64,000 nucleotides of DNA, from assembly GCA_043817315.1 (NCBI GenBank), contig JBDRGY010000006.1, forward strand, positions 18,077 through 82,076, written 5' to 3'. A model generated the notes under the pieces. That model saw only the letters and a list, made by a program, of their open reading frames with translations. It did no database searches and had not been told where the DNA came from. Made by a program: the position numbers and the translations under genes. Shown in pieces: positions 18,044 to 27,993 of this stretch; within the stretch, counting starts at the first letter, position 1, and each line of letters opens with the position of its first letter. This stretch comes from Patescibacteria group bacterium (GTDB lineage: Bacteria; Patescibacteriota; Patescibacteriia; JBDRGY01).

Positions 18044-19168
18044 CTAAATGTTTTTATCAAAGCGAAAGCTTTTCCAGGCGATAAAGAAAGTAACTACTAC
18101 CCAAGCTAAAATTATCCATAATTGACTGGTAACTTCTGCCAATCCCACTCCGTCATTGGCTATTTTGCGTAAAGCTTCAATTAGGGGAGAAAGGGGCAAG
18201 TATTTGGTAACTGCGTAGGCCCAGGATGGCAACATCTCTGGGGCGAAGAAAACTCCGGATAGAAACATCATGGGCATGGCAATAATATTGGACATTGATT
18301 CGGCTGCGTTAACTGATTTGGCCCATCCAGCTACTGAAAAACCCAGATTGAGAAAAATGATAGTGCCCAGAAAGCTTAAAAGATAAATATAAAAGTAGCT
18401 GCCGAACACCTGTACATTATAAAGCAGTCGGGCCACTAAGATTATCAGGGTTATTTGGATAGCGGCGATAATTAAATAGGAAAGCACCTCGGCAATCAAG
18501 AAGTTTCTGACTTTAAGAGGGGTGGCTGTTAATCTTTTTAGTAATCTTTGTTCGCGGTATTTGGTAATCTCCGAGGCAATGCCAATAATTGCCGCCATCA
18601 TAATAGCCATACCCAGAATACCGGGCATGATGACGTCTATATAATTGATGTTCTTGGATTCAAAGGCTTCTGGTTGAATGGCGAAGTATTCAGGTGCCTG
18701 GGTAATTTCTTTATTCAACCCGTCAATAAATTGATTAAATACGCTCAGCACCAGCTGATTAGTTGTGATATTGCTTTCGTCGTAATAAATTTGGATTTCT
18801 ACAGGTTTGCTAACGGTCGTTTCCAGCCCGGGTTGGGTCGGGTCTAAAACAGTCGGGGCAGGAACGGTAAATTCTGCCGGGATAATCAGAATAAAATCCA
18901 GCTCCCCCTGCCGCAGCATATTCTTGGCATCCTCTTCGTCTACCACCGGTTCGATGGTTAAAAACTCAATCTCTTCAATGCCTGATTTAAATTGCTGCGA
19001 TATTTCATTGTTGGCTTTATCGATAAAAGCAATGCTGGAGCTGGCCATGCCTTCAAAGTCAAACAGGCCAAAAATGACGATGAACATAGTGGGAAAAGCC
19101 AGGGTCCAAAACAAAGCTTGCTTATTGCGGAAAGTCATTTTAATTAATGCCCAAAGTAGTTGAACCAT
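18044..19168 (-). CDS. ABC-2 type transporter permease
   Basis: FW...FP N-terminus; large extracytoplasmic loop; PMMFLSGVFF. Confidence 0.9.
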   Translation of the reverse strand: MVQLLWALIKMTFRNKQALFWTLAFPTMFIVIFGLFDFEGMASSSIAFIDKANNEISQQFKSGIEEIEFLTIEPVVDEEDAKNMLRQGELDFILIIPAEFTVPAPTVLDPTQPGLETTVSKPVEIQIYYDESNITTNQLVLSVFNQFIDGLNKEITQAPEYFAIQPEAFESKNINYIDVIMPGILGMAIMMAAIIGIASEITKYREQRLLKRLTATPLKVRNFLIAEVLSYLIIAAIQITLIILVARLLYNVQVFGSYFYIYLLSFLGTIIFLNLGFSVAGWAKSVNAAESMSNIIAMPMMFLSGVFFAPEMLPSWAYAVTKYLPLSPLIEALRKIANDGVGLAEVTSQLWIILAWVVVTFFIAWKSFRFDKNI

Positions 19169-19169
19169 A

Positions 19170-20102
19170 CTATTCTTTTAACTTCTTCCCGGTTAATTCT
19201 AAGAAGACGTCTTCCAAATCAGCGTGAGTGACCTCTTCATCTAATATATTTATCCTTTTGTTTTTGGCCCAATTGATCAGTTTGGGAAAAGTTTCTGTTA
19301 CTTTGCCGACTCTCATGTGGTATTTGTTGTGACCCATCTGCTCTACTTTGACTACTCCCTCTATCTTATGTAACTCTGCCAAATCAACTTTCTGGTCTAC
19401 CTGAAAGTCTATCCGGCCTGAAGCGTCTAGTTGATTAATCAAATTTATCGGAGTATCTAGGGCTCTGATTCTGCCAGCGTCCATAATCCCCACTCGATCA
19501 CACAATTCTTGAGCTTCCTCCATGTAATGAGTGGTAATAATTACTGTTTTGCCCTCTTTGTTTATCTTTTGGATAAACTCCCAGATGTTACGTCGGGCTT
19601 GAGGGTCTAAACCAGTGGTTGGTTCGTCAAGAAAGGCTATCTTGGGATCATTAACCAAAGAGGCGCAAATGGAAAAACGTTGTTTTTGACCTCCGGACAA
19701 ATGACGAACCAGAGATTTTTTCTTTTCCGTCAGGTCGACAATTTCTAACAATTTCATCGGGTCCATTTGTTTTTTATAGAAGGTGCCGAAAAGTTTTAAA
19801 ATTTCTTCCAAGGTCAAATAATCAAAATAGGCAGAAGCTTGTAATTGTACTCCTATTCTTTCTTTGATCTTATTCACTTCTTTTTGGGGATTTATCCCCA
19901 AGACTGATATCTCGCCTTTGGTGGCCTTTTGGATTCCTTCAATAATTTCTAGAGTTGTGGTCTTGCCGGCACCATTGGGCCCCAATAAACCAAAAACTTC
20001 TCCTTCTTTGACCTCAAAGGAGACGTCATCAACTGCTTTCAAAAATCCCCCTTCCGGTTGGGGAAATTGTTTGGTCAAATGTTTTACTTCGATAACTGGC
20101 AT
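19170..20102 (-). CDS. ABC transporter ATP-binding protein (DrrA-like)
   Basis: GPNGAGKTT, LSGGQ and LDEPTTGLD motifs. Confidence 0.95.
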   Translation of the reverse strand: MPVIEVKHLTKQFPQPEGGFLKAVDDVSFEVKEGEVFGLLGPNGAGKTTTLEIIEGIQKATKGEISVLGINPQKEVNKIKERIGVQLQASAYFDYLTLEEILKLFGTFYKKQMDPMKLLEIVDLTEKKKSLVRHLSGGQKQRFSICASLVNDPKIAFLDEPTTGLDPQARRNIWEFIQKINKEGKTVIITTHYMEEAQELCDRVGIMDAGRIRALDTPINLINQLDASGRIDFQVDQKVDLAELHKIEGVVKVEQMGHNKYHMRVGKVTETFPKLINWAKNKRINILDEEVTHADLEDVFLELTGKKLKE

Positions 20103-20108
20103 TTGAGT

Positions 20109-21122
20109 TTATACTAATTGCTTCTGGCTCTTTTGTAAACCTAAATGTTGATAGGCTTTATCGGTAACTACTCGACCTCGTGGGGTTCTGGCTAAAAAAC
20201 CAATTTGCAATAAAAACGGCTCATAAACGTCTTCGATAGTGGCAATCTCTTGGCCCACTGAAGCGGCAATGGAATTGACTCCAACAGGTCCTCCCTGATA
20301 GCGATCAACCATGGTTTCTAATATCTTGCGGTCTACCGCGTCTAGACCCTTGGCATCAATATCCAACATATTTAAGGCAGCTTGGGCTAAATCCAGAGTA
20401 ACCTGACCATCTGCCTTTACCTGGGCGTAGTCTCTAACCCTTTTTAATAGTCGATTGGCCACTCTGGGTGTCTTCCTGGCCCTTTTAGCTATTTCCACCA
20501 AAGCATCCTTGGCCACTTTTACTTTTAAGATTTTTGCAGCTCGTTTTATTATCTTCTCAATATCGTCGTCGCTGTAATAATCCAAGTGAAAAACTGCCCC
20601 GAATCTGTCCCTAAGCGGAGAGGAGACTGAACTGACCCGCGTAGTCGCTCCGATTAAAGTAAAACGGGGCAAATCCAGTCTGATGGTTTGGGCCGATGGG
20701 CCTTTTCCCACCACCATATCGATCACGTACTCCTCCATGGCCGGGTATAATACTTCTTCTACTGTTCGGTGTAAGCGATGGATTTCATCGATAAACAAAA
20801 TGTCGCCGTCTACCAGATTGGTAATAATTGCGGCTAAATCACCGGCTCGTTCGATAGCCGGACCAGAGGTGATCCTAATGCTTGATTGCATTTCATGGGC
20901 AATCACATGAGCCAAGGTTGTCTTGCCCAAGCCAGGACAGCCGTGCAGCAAAACGTGCTCGATGGGCTCTTTTCTTTTCTGGGCAGCAGCCATGAAGATT
21001 TGCAGATTCTCCTTGATTTTTTCCTGGCCCACATATTCCGCCAATTGCTTGGGTCGTAAAGTCAGGTCAAGGGTCTTGTCCTCTTCTTTCTCCTCGGAGG
21101 TAATTATCCTTTCTTCAGACAT
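20109..21122 (-). CDS. ruvB: Holliday junction branch migration helicase RuvB
   Basis: LRP..L.EYVGQ, GCPGLGKTTLA, FIDEIHRL and RTPRGR motifs. Confidence 0.97.
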   Translation of the reverse strand: MSEERIITSEEKEEDKTLDLTLRPKQLAEYVGQEKIKENLQIFMAAAQKRKEPIEHVLLHGCPGLGKTTLAHVIAHEMQSSIRITSGPAIERAGDLAAIITNLVDGDILFIDEIHRLHRTVEEVLYPAMEEYVIDMVVGKGPSAQTIRLDLPRFTLIGATTRVSSVSSPLRDRFGAVFHLDYYSDDDIEKIIKRAAKILKVKVAKDALVEIAKRARKTPRVANRLLKRVRDYAQVKADGQVTLDLAQAALNMLDIDAKGLDAVDRKILETMVDRYQGGPVGVNSIAASVGQEIATIEDVYEPFLLQIGFLARTPRGRVVTDKAYQHLGLQKSQKQLV

Positions 21123-22105
21123 TATTTTTTCTTTTTGGCTTTATTAAATCTTTTTACTCTTATTATTCCAGATCCGACAATCACCTCTACCCCTCTTTTT
21201 TCTAGTTCATCCAACAATAAATTCATCCCGATGGAGTCCGAGGCCATGTGCCCTGCTACAATAATGTTTAAGTGTTGTTTCTCCGCCTCCTCTTTATTCT
21301 CTTCTTTCATGTGCATACTAACGATAGTACCGATACCGGCCTGGGATAATTTTTCATATAGCTCGATAGCCCCGGAGGTACCGCCGGTTACTTCTGTCAA
21401 AGCGATCTTACCGCAATAGCGCTCCAGTCCTCCGGTAAACAAGGTGGGGCCGGCCTTCTGTTTCATGGCTTCCTGGTATTCGGGAATTGATTTTAATAAT
21501 TTTAGCAGGTCTTTAACAAACTCCAATTTTTTCTGGTTACGATCTATCAACTTTTTGAGGTGTCGTTGCACTAAATTATCTGCAGGAGTATGTACGCAGA
21601 AGAGTGGAAAGCCAAGTTTGTCAGCGGCATCAATAACTTTGTTGTGATTAATCGGTGCTAATGACCTGGATACCGCGGCAATCCTCTTGCTCATCAGATC
21701 TTCGGCCAAGTGAACCGGCACTCCGTACATGGCCAGCATTTCGGTTTGCATCTCCATCACTTCATACATGCCTGCCAGGGCTTTGCCCAGAGGATGGTGC
21801 GAGATTACTAAATCAATTGGATTTTTGGCGGACAGTTTGTCTACCAGCAGCATCTCAGAGACATCAATATCAATTCCCGCATAAACTCGCTTAATCTTTT
21901 TGTCAGGGTCGTCTGTAAAATAACGGGTGTCCGAATAAGGGTTGGTTAACTTTTCCAGATCGAACTCCGCTTTTTGGTCTTTGGGCAGGTTTTGATAGCG
22001 CTCCTTTTCCTGTTTCAGTTTACGAAACACCCCTTGATTAGGTCGCATATCTGCGTCAATGCCCTTTTTAACGGCTAGGTCATAGATTTGCTTAATTGTC
22101 ATCAT
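21122..22105 (-). CDS. Nif3-like dinuclear metal centre protein
   Basis: SHHP, HTPADN, SMH and GHMASDS motifs. Confidence 0.8.
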   Translation of the reverse strand: MMTIKQIYDLAVKKGIDADMRPNQGVFRKLKQEKERYQNLPKDQKAEFDLEKLTNPYSDTRYFTDDPDKKIKRVYAGIDIDVSEMLLVDKLSAKNPIDLVISHHPLGKALAGMYEVMEMQTEMLAMYGVPVHLAEDLMSKRIAAVSRSLAPINHNKVIDAADKLGFPLFCVHTPADNLVQRHLKKLIDRNQKKLEFVKDLLKLLKSIPEYQEAMKQKAGPTLFTGGLERYCGKIALTEVTGGTSGAIELYEKLSQAGIGTIVSMHMKEENKEEAEKQHLNIIVAGHMASDSIGMNLLLDELEKRGVEVIVGSGIIRVKRFNKAKKKK

Positions 22106-22256
22106 CTGGCATGTGAGTTAATGTTTTAGTCTTTATATTCTATCAGGTTTGGGCTAAAAAATCAATAAAAATGGCTAATTTTAGCTAAATTTAACCAAAG
22201 GCCCTTGACAGGTGTTAGATTCTATGATAATATTTTTTGTTCTTCTGAAATTGAAG

Positions 22257-22381
22257 AAACTGCTTTGGAATCTGCAGTCACGACAAGCATGGGGATCCTT
22301 TGAAGGCTTATTGGGCCCTTCCTCCACTCAATAATACCTTTTAAGGATTCTCTTGACTGCAGATTCTTGAGCAGTTTTTTT
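22257..22381 (+). ncRNA. Candidate rod-shaped small RNA (may also serve as terminator of the convergent VanW gene)
   Basis: About 120-nt imperfect hairpin with several G-U pairs on the + strand and a T7 tail; TTGACA-17-TAATAT promoter at 22205-22233. Confidence 0.5.
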
Positions 22382-24293
22382 ATGTTCCATTTACGTTTAG
22401 GTTGGTATTAGAATTGATATTGGCGTTGGTGTTAGTGGGCTCTACCTCTTCTTCTGGTTGCTTCAAAGTTCCCGGCTCCACTCCTAACAAACACACCTCT
22501 TGCCACGGTTTATAATGAGATTCCCAGACTTCATTAGTTTCTTCTCCTTCAGCACTGGTAATAGTCCTGGTAAATTCAGTATCGGCCCCGGTGTGCGCTC
22601 TTTCGGTGCATTTCCTTTCGCCTGGAGCCAGGTCCTCTGTTTCCACCACATTAGTATCCGGTGGTTTTACAAAATTGAAAATTCGCGGCTTGGTCATGGC
22701 AACTTGACGACCGTCACTGGTACCATAGAATTCAAATGTCAGCAGGTTGCCATCAATACTGGTTATAAATAAAATGTAATGACCAGTATCGTTAATAAAT
22801 TTCAAGTCAGGGGCCGGGTTATAAATAGTGGCATCAGTACCAGCCGGTTCATAATAGGAAACCCGATAGGAGTGGGGACTTCTGGCTGTAATCGGCAGAC
22901 CAGCATCCAAAGCTACTCGAAAAGCGGTGGTTCCAATTTGGCACAGGCCGCCGCCGTATTCCGGAATGGTTTTATTGCCCTTAATCACCAACTCTGGCAA
23001 GTAACCGGTTGAGGCTTCAATCTCCCCTAGGGTTCCAACCAGGGAAAACTCTTCATCGGGCTTGATTAATATCCCATTCAAAGTATCAGCTCCCACGGCA
23101 ATATTGTGCCTGCGGTTTTTAGGACTGCCGCTGAAGTCTGATTGGCCACGACCGATCAATTCTTTAATTCCATAAGTGTTGATTTGCTCGGTAGCTACCT
23201 TGGGCAACACCTCCTCAACGACTAGGGTAGTTACCTGGCCGCCAGCCGCCACTATGTCTTTTTCCATTAAGGTGATTGTCTGATCAATAGCGATCTGCTG
23301 TCCGATTTGGGAAGGTTGAAATTCAATCACCCGCTCTCCTTCCATTTGGAATTTACCCTCTTTAACTTCGACGTCTACTTCTTTAGCCAGCTCGGTCAAG
23401 AAAGTAACCGCCGTCTCATTAAAACCAACTGTCGGCACTGGCTTTCGGGCATCTTGCTTAAAGGCCAGCCACTGTTTCAATTCTTCTTTATCAACTAGCC
23501 AATGGTAATCAAGATACTTGATAGAAATAGGGGCCTGGTCTGTCACCTCCCTGGCTACTTTTAGGGCGTTATCACACTGCGCTGACTTAACCACAGGCTG
23601 ATCTTCCTCTAATTGCAAATTTATTGACTCCAAGGACAAGGTTTTCAGACTAGTCTCAGCTTGACTAACCAAACTGGAATAATCAAAAGCTTGGCCCGAC
23701 TGTTCCGGGGCAACCCCAGGTTCATCTCCCACAAAAGTCAGCTTGGCATCTACGGCCGGATCTTCATATGAGGCAAAATTAACCTGCAGTATATCAATCA
23801 ATTTGCTTTCTTCGAGAAAGACTACCGGTTCTACTTTGTGGGTTTTGAATAGACTGATCAATAAATCTTTCCAGTTGACTAAAAAATTTACAGAATGACC
23901 ATACTGATAAATATCATTTACAGTTTGCTCAACATCAAAGGCAAATATTTCATAGGTTAGGTCAGGGTCGGCTGTAGCTACTGCTTGGGATTCCACTTCA
24001 ACCACTTCGTCCTCATAAATATAGGTGATGCCTGCTTCCGCCACCTCGTTTATCCTCTCAGCCACTAAATCGGCTACTTGATCATAGGTTAGGCCGCTTA
24101 CTGACAGGTTTCCTATAACCACTTTGGGCAGTATCTTGTTAGAATAATTTAGTTGATAAAAAAACCAAGCTGTGGTGATTATCATTAAAACAAAAAAGAT
24201 GGCAATAATTTTTCCCAACCATCTTCGCCTATTCTTTTCCTTGCTCTTTGGAGCCGATTTGCCTTTGGTGGGCTTTTTTTTAGCTTTGGGCAT
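22380..24293 (-). CDS. VanW-domain protein with N-terminal TM and PG_binding_4-like region
   Basis: NR.HNI, PDEEFS, GGGLCQIGTT, R.PHSY.V.YY and DLKFINDT motifs. Confidence 0.9.
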   Translation of the reverse strand: MPKAKKKPTKGKSAPKSKEKNRRRWLGKIIAIFFVLMIITTAWFFYQLNYSNKILPKVVIGNLSVSGLTYDQVADLVAERINEVAEAGITYIYEDEVVEVESQAVATADPDLTYEIFAFDVEQTVNDIYQYGHSVNFLVNWKDLLISLFKTHKVEPVVFLEESKLIDILQVNFASYEDPAVDAKLTFVGDEPGVAPEQSGQAFDYSSLVSQAETSLKTLSLESINLQLEEDQPVVKSAQCDNALKVAREVTDQAPISIKYLDYHWLVDKEELKQWLAFKQDARKPVPTVGFNETAVTFLTELAKEVDVEVKEGKFQMEGERVIEFQPSQIGQQIAIDQTITLMEKDIVAAGGQVTTLVVEEVLPKVATEQINTYGIKELIGRGQSDFSGSPKNRRHNIAVGADTLNGILIKPDEEFSLVGTLGEIEASTGYLPELVIKGNKTIPEYGGGLCQIGTTAFRVALDAGLPITARSPHSYRVSYYEPAGTDATIYNPAPDLKFINDTGHYILFITSIDGNLLTFEFYGTSDGRQVAMTKPRIFNFVKPPDTNVVETEDLAPGERKCTERAHTGADTEFTRTITSAEGEETNEVWESHYKPWQEVCLLGVEPGTLKQPEEEVEPTNTNANINSNTNLNVNGT

Positions 24294-24531
24294 TTAATAG
24301 AATCCGATTTAAGAGCGCTTTGGCGATTTCTTCCCTTTCCTCTTGATCAGTCATATTGGTTGTAGCAACTAATCGTAGAGTGCTTCCTTCCTTAACGTGC
24401 TCCGGCAAATTTTTGATCGGCCAAAAAACCTCTTGTTGATCATCGGTGCGTATTACCGCATTTTTCTCCTCAAAACGATCAATTACTCCTTTTAAATGAT
24501 ACGGTCTCTCCGTCATGCCCTTATTCTTCAA
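24280..24531 (-). CDS. DUF3006-like small protein
   Basis: IDRFEE..AV and LP...KEG motifs; the start may be the ATG at 24516. Confidence 0.7.
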   Translation of the reverse strand: MKNKGMTERPYHLKGVIDRFEEKNAVIRTDDQQEVFWPIKNLPEHVKEGSTLRLVATTNMTDQEEREEIAKALLNRILLNAQS

Positions 24532-25003
24532 TTTCTTTTACTTTTATGGCCTGCGCCTTGGGATGATTGGCCTTGGGTAAGGTAACTGTTAAAATTCCAT
24601 TTTTGAGAGTTGCTCTTACTTTATCCGCCTTGATTTCCGTCGGCAAAATAATTGACCGGGAAAATCCTCCCCAATAGCACTCTCGGTATAAATAATTTTC
24701 ATCAGGGATGGCTTCATCTTCGCGCCGACGCCCCTTGATGGTTACCATGTCTTTATTTATGGAAATATCAATGTCCTCAGGTCTGACCCCGGCAATGGTT
24801 GACTTGATCATAATCTCTTTTTCAGTCTGATAAACGTCAATAGAAAGCTGGCCATCGTAACTTTCCTCTAACCAGTCTTCGTTGTATAAATCATCTACGA
24901 TCCCGGTTGGCTCCTCAGGTTTTTTCTGTTCCAAATAAAAAGAGTCCTCCGCTTTTTTGGTTGTTGCTTTAGTTCTTACTGCTGCTTTTTTGGTCTCAGC
25001 CAT
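24521..25003 (-). CDS. Hsp20/alpha-crystallin small heat shock protein
   Basis: IDVYQT, AGV.PEDI.I, WGGFSRSI.LP and LKNGIL.V.LPK motifs. Confidence 0.93.
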   Translation of the reverse strand: MAETKKAAVRTKATTKKAEDSFYLEQKKPEEPTGIVDDLYNEDWLEESYDGQLSIDVYQTEKEIMIKSTIAGVRPEDIDISINKDMVTIKGRRREDEAIPDENYLYRECYWGGFSRSIILPTEIKADKVRATLKNGILTVTLPKANHPKAQAIKVKEIEE

Positions 25004-25081
25004 AGGATGTACTAACTGTCTAAAATTCTTTTATTACTATAATACATATTACGGTTTTTGACAAGAAACAGGTTGTGGTAT

Positions 25082-25630
25082 TTAGATTTTTTGATAAATG
25101 AATATTTTATATTTTTTGCCTAACTTAACAACTTGTTCCCGGAAATTTTCTTTGTTTTTTAAGGAAAACATATAGGAGATAATTTTTGAGCCGGGTCGTA
25201 GCTGGGTAAAGGATTTTTCTAGTTGTTTCATCCCCTTAGTGGTTAAAAAGCAAAAAATAATATCATAAGGCTCTAGGGCAGACTTAAAGATGTCTCCTCG
25301 GACGAATTTTACTTTGGCTTTTTTACGATTGAATGCTTTCCTGATATTAGATACTAGTAACAGTATTTTGGAATTCTCAACACCCCAAACTTCTCCTTGA
25401 AGCTGCTTGGCTGCCCTGAGAACAATCCTGCCACTTCCTGATCCTAAATCAATTATCTTGTCTCCCTTTTTCATCTGGGCTAACTCTATCATTTTGTCAA
25501 TGATTTTAAAGGGAGTGGGAACATAGGGAACAACTTTACGGAAGCTCCAGAAAACAAAACCCAAATACAACACAAAGGTCAACATCAGTAGGGCAAAAAG
25601 CAGGTTTATGCTAACAATTAAATAGTCCAT
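25082..25630 (-). CDS. Membrane-anchored class I SAM-dependent methyltransferase
   Basis: N-terminal TM; PYVPT; DLGSGSGR. Confidence 0.88.
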   Translation of the reverse strand: MDYLIVSINLLFALLMLTFVLYLGFVFWSFRKVVPYVPTPFKIIDKMIELAQMKKGDKIIDLGSGSGRIVLRAAKQLQGEVWGVENSKILLLVSNIRKAFNRKKAKVKFVRGDIFKSALEPYDIIFCFLTTKGMKQLEKSFTQLRPGSKIISYMFSLKNKENFREQVVKLGKKYKIFIYQKI

Positions 25631-25909
25631 ATTCTAATTATACAAAAAACGGCTCAATTGGCCGAATTTTATGAATTTAGATATTTTTAGTATAGCTCTC
25701 GAGGTACAAACCTATTTTTTCAATAACTCCTGATTCCTTGAAGCGGGGCAGAATGGGAGGGTGAGGGGGAAAGGCCGCTCCATCCCTGCAAAAAGAAATA
25801 GGGGTAAACTATATTCATAACTGTAAGTTTTAATCAAAACGATAAAAAGAAGAGTCCAGATTTCAGAATATATATATTCATCCATTCTAGACTCTTTTAT
25901 TTTAGCAGC

Positions 25910-26824
25910 TTACCTTGTTCGGTAATTGGGAAGATCAACCACACGAGGCAAAAGAGTGTCTGCAACATGGATTGTTCCCGAAGTGATACCTTGATCGCTG
26001 CCGATAGTGGCATTGAACACCTTTACTTCCTGCTGCACATCTACCATGAGTGTCAATCTCTGGTAGTGCTCAGCAAGATGCAGAAGCGTGTACAGAATGT
26101 TGCCTGCCATCTTACCGAGCGAGGGAACGTCTTGCAGTGGATGAACCCGCTGATCAAGAAACACTTGAGTAATCCGCTCTGGACCGTACTCGAGCACTGC
26201 TTGAAGCAGTATGGCAACCTCCACACTATAGCCAGAATAGAAGGAAGCATTCTCGAGGAATTTACGAGTCCCAGCGTACTCCCCAGCTAAAGGCTGTATG
26301 AAATCAGTGGATTCAGGAAAGAGCATGTTGAGGAAAGGACGAACTAAAAGCTCTGTCACCCGAGCATCACCTTTGGGCCGCTTATAGTACCCCTTGGTAA
26401 AGACTACTTCGGGGTCCATTAAAAAGGGAGCGACAATTCCTAGAATGAAACGTGGATGGATGTTTTCTATGTCGGTGTCAATCCAGGCGATGACATCGCC
26501 AGTTGTGAAGTATACACTACTCCAAAGATTCCATCCCTTTCCCCTTGATAGAGGAATAGATATGATTCGGGCGGCATCCTCGTCTCGGATTATTCTGATG
26601 TCAAACTGAGAGCACACACCCAAAGTGTTGTCGGTGGATCCGCTGTCAAACACTAGGATCTCATCAATCAGTGGTTGACACGACATGGCACATTCAATGA
26701 CACGACCAACTGTTGCTTCCTCATTCCTAACCGGGAGGACTAAGCTGATCGTTATCTGCCGCTCTTGCTTAAGCGACAAGAGGTAAACCATGTCAGAGGC
26801 GTCTAGGTACGATAAATGTTTCAT
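25910..26824 (-). CDS. Glucosyl-3-phosphoglycerate synthase-like glycosyltransferase (GpgS/MpgS-like)
   Basis: LPVRNEE, GKG.NLW, DTD, RVTELLVRP, QPLAGEYAG, GYSVEV and RVH motifs. Confidence 0.8.
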   Translation of the reverse strand: MKHLSYLDASDMVYLLSLKQERQITISLVLPVRNEEATVGRVIECAMSCQPLIDEILVFDSGSTDNTLGVCSQFDIRIIRDEDAARIISIPLSRGKGWNLWSSVYFTTGDVIAWIDTDIENIHPRFILGIVAPFLMDPEVVFTKGYYKRPKGDARVTELLVRPFLNMLFPESTDFIQPLAGEYAGTRKFLENASFYSGYSVEVAILLQAVLEYGPERITQVFLDQRVHPLQDVPSLGKMAGNILYTLLHLAEHYQRLTLMVDVQQEVKVFNATIGSDQGITSGTIHVADTLLPRVVDLPNYRTR

Positions 26825-27990
26825 GGCTCACCCCTTATCATGGTACTACATACCTTACGGACAGCAGCGCAACAGATGTCAACGAAGTGACTGGTCACAT
26901 CAGGATTAGTGTACAGATTGAATAGAGATGCTGCCACTTGCTGTGAGTTTACGGGCCTGTTAAAGCCGGCAAATAGTGCAGTTTGAGAAAGCGCCAAGGG
27001 GTAAAGACAGTTAATCATGGCACCTTCAGCTCTGACGGCATCCAAAAACCAATTGCGGTGTTTCATCCAGACTACAGGAAGAGTTGCTGTCAGGCAGTGA
27101 TTAACATGTCCATTTGCGTCAGTTTGAAATTGAAGCGGCAGGTCGCTCAACTTATCCCTATATCGCCTGGCAATTTCACCACGACGGCGATTGAGTTCCG
27201 CGAGCTTGCGTAATTGGACAAGCCCAATTGCCGCTTGCAGTTCAGTCATCACGTAATTGTAGCCAATCTTGTCGTAGTCGTAAACAGTCAGATCATCACT
27301 GATTAATCCGTGTCGGGTCAACGATCTGCACCGCTGAGCCAACTCTTCATTTCTGGTGATAATCATCCCGCCTTCACCACAGCTCATGTTCTTGGTCTGG
27401 TAAAAGCTGTAACAGGCTATATCACCAAAAGTGCCGACTATCTGTTCGCCAATAGTAGCGCCATGAGCTTGGGCACAATCTTCGACCAGCCATAAATCAT
27501 GTTCTCTGACTAGAAGAATGATCTGGCTCATCTCAACTGGGGCACCATAGAGGTGGACCACAATTACTGCCTTGGTTCTGGCAGTTATCTTGGAGCTAAG
27601 GTCCTCGACCGATAGGTTGAAAGTTGTGGGGTCGACGTCGCAGAAAACAACTCGCGCCCCGGTTTGTAAAACTACTGATGCTGTGGAGACAAAGGTTAAA
27701 TCTGGCACAATCACCTCGTCTCCAGGTCCTAGCTGCAAAACGTCAACAGCAGTATGTAGGGCAGTAGTACCGGATGTAGTGGAGATAGCAAAAGGGACTT
27801 GATGGTAAGCAGAGAACGCCTGCTCAAACTGCTGGACCATCTCGCCCATACCCGCTCTTGAAACTACGCCTTTTCCCATTACCTCCCATACTGCCTGCCG
27901 TTCTTCTTCACCGAAGACCCGGCCCCGTTTGAGGCCTTCTGGATAAACAGCTGATCCGCCGTTTATCGCCAGAGAAAGTCTTTCGCACAT
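26821..27990 (-). CDS. DegT/DnrJ/EryC1/StrS PLP-dependent sugar aminotransferase
   Basis: SGTTALH, EDCAQAHGA and SFYQTKNM..GEGG (PLP lysine) motifs. Confidence 0.93.
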   Translation of the reverse strand: MCERLSLAINGGSAVYPEGLKRGRVFGEEERQAVWEVMGKGVVSRAGMGEMVQQFEQAFSAYHQVPFAISTTSGTTALHTAVDVLQLGPGDEVIVPDLTFVSTASVVLQTGARVVFCDVDPTTFNLSVEDLSSKITARTKAVIVVHLYGAPVEMSQIILLVREHDLWLVEDCAQAHGATIGEQIVGTFGDIACYSFYQTKNMSCGEGGMIITRNEELAQRCRSLTRHGLISDDLTVYDYDKIGYNYVMTELQAAIGLVQLRKLAELNRRRGEIARRYRDKLSDLPLQFQTDANGHVNHCLTATLPVVWMKHRNWFLDAVRAEGAMINCLYPLALSQTALFAGFNRPVNSQQVAASLFNLYTNPDVTSHFVDICCAAVRKVCSTMIRGEP

Positions 27991-27993
27991 TGT

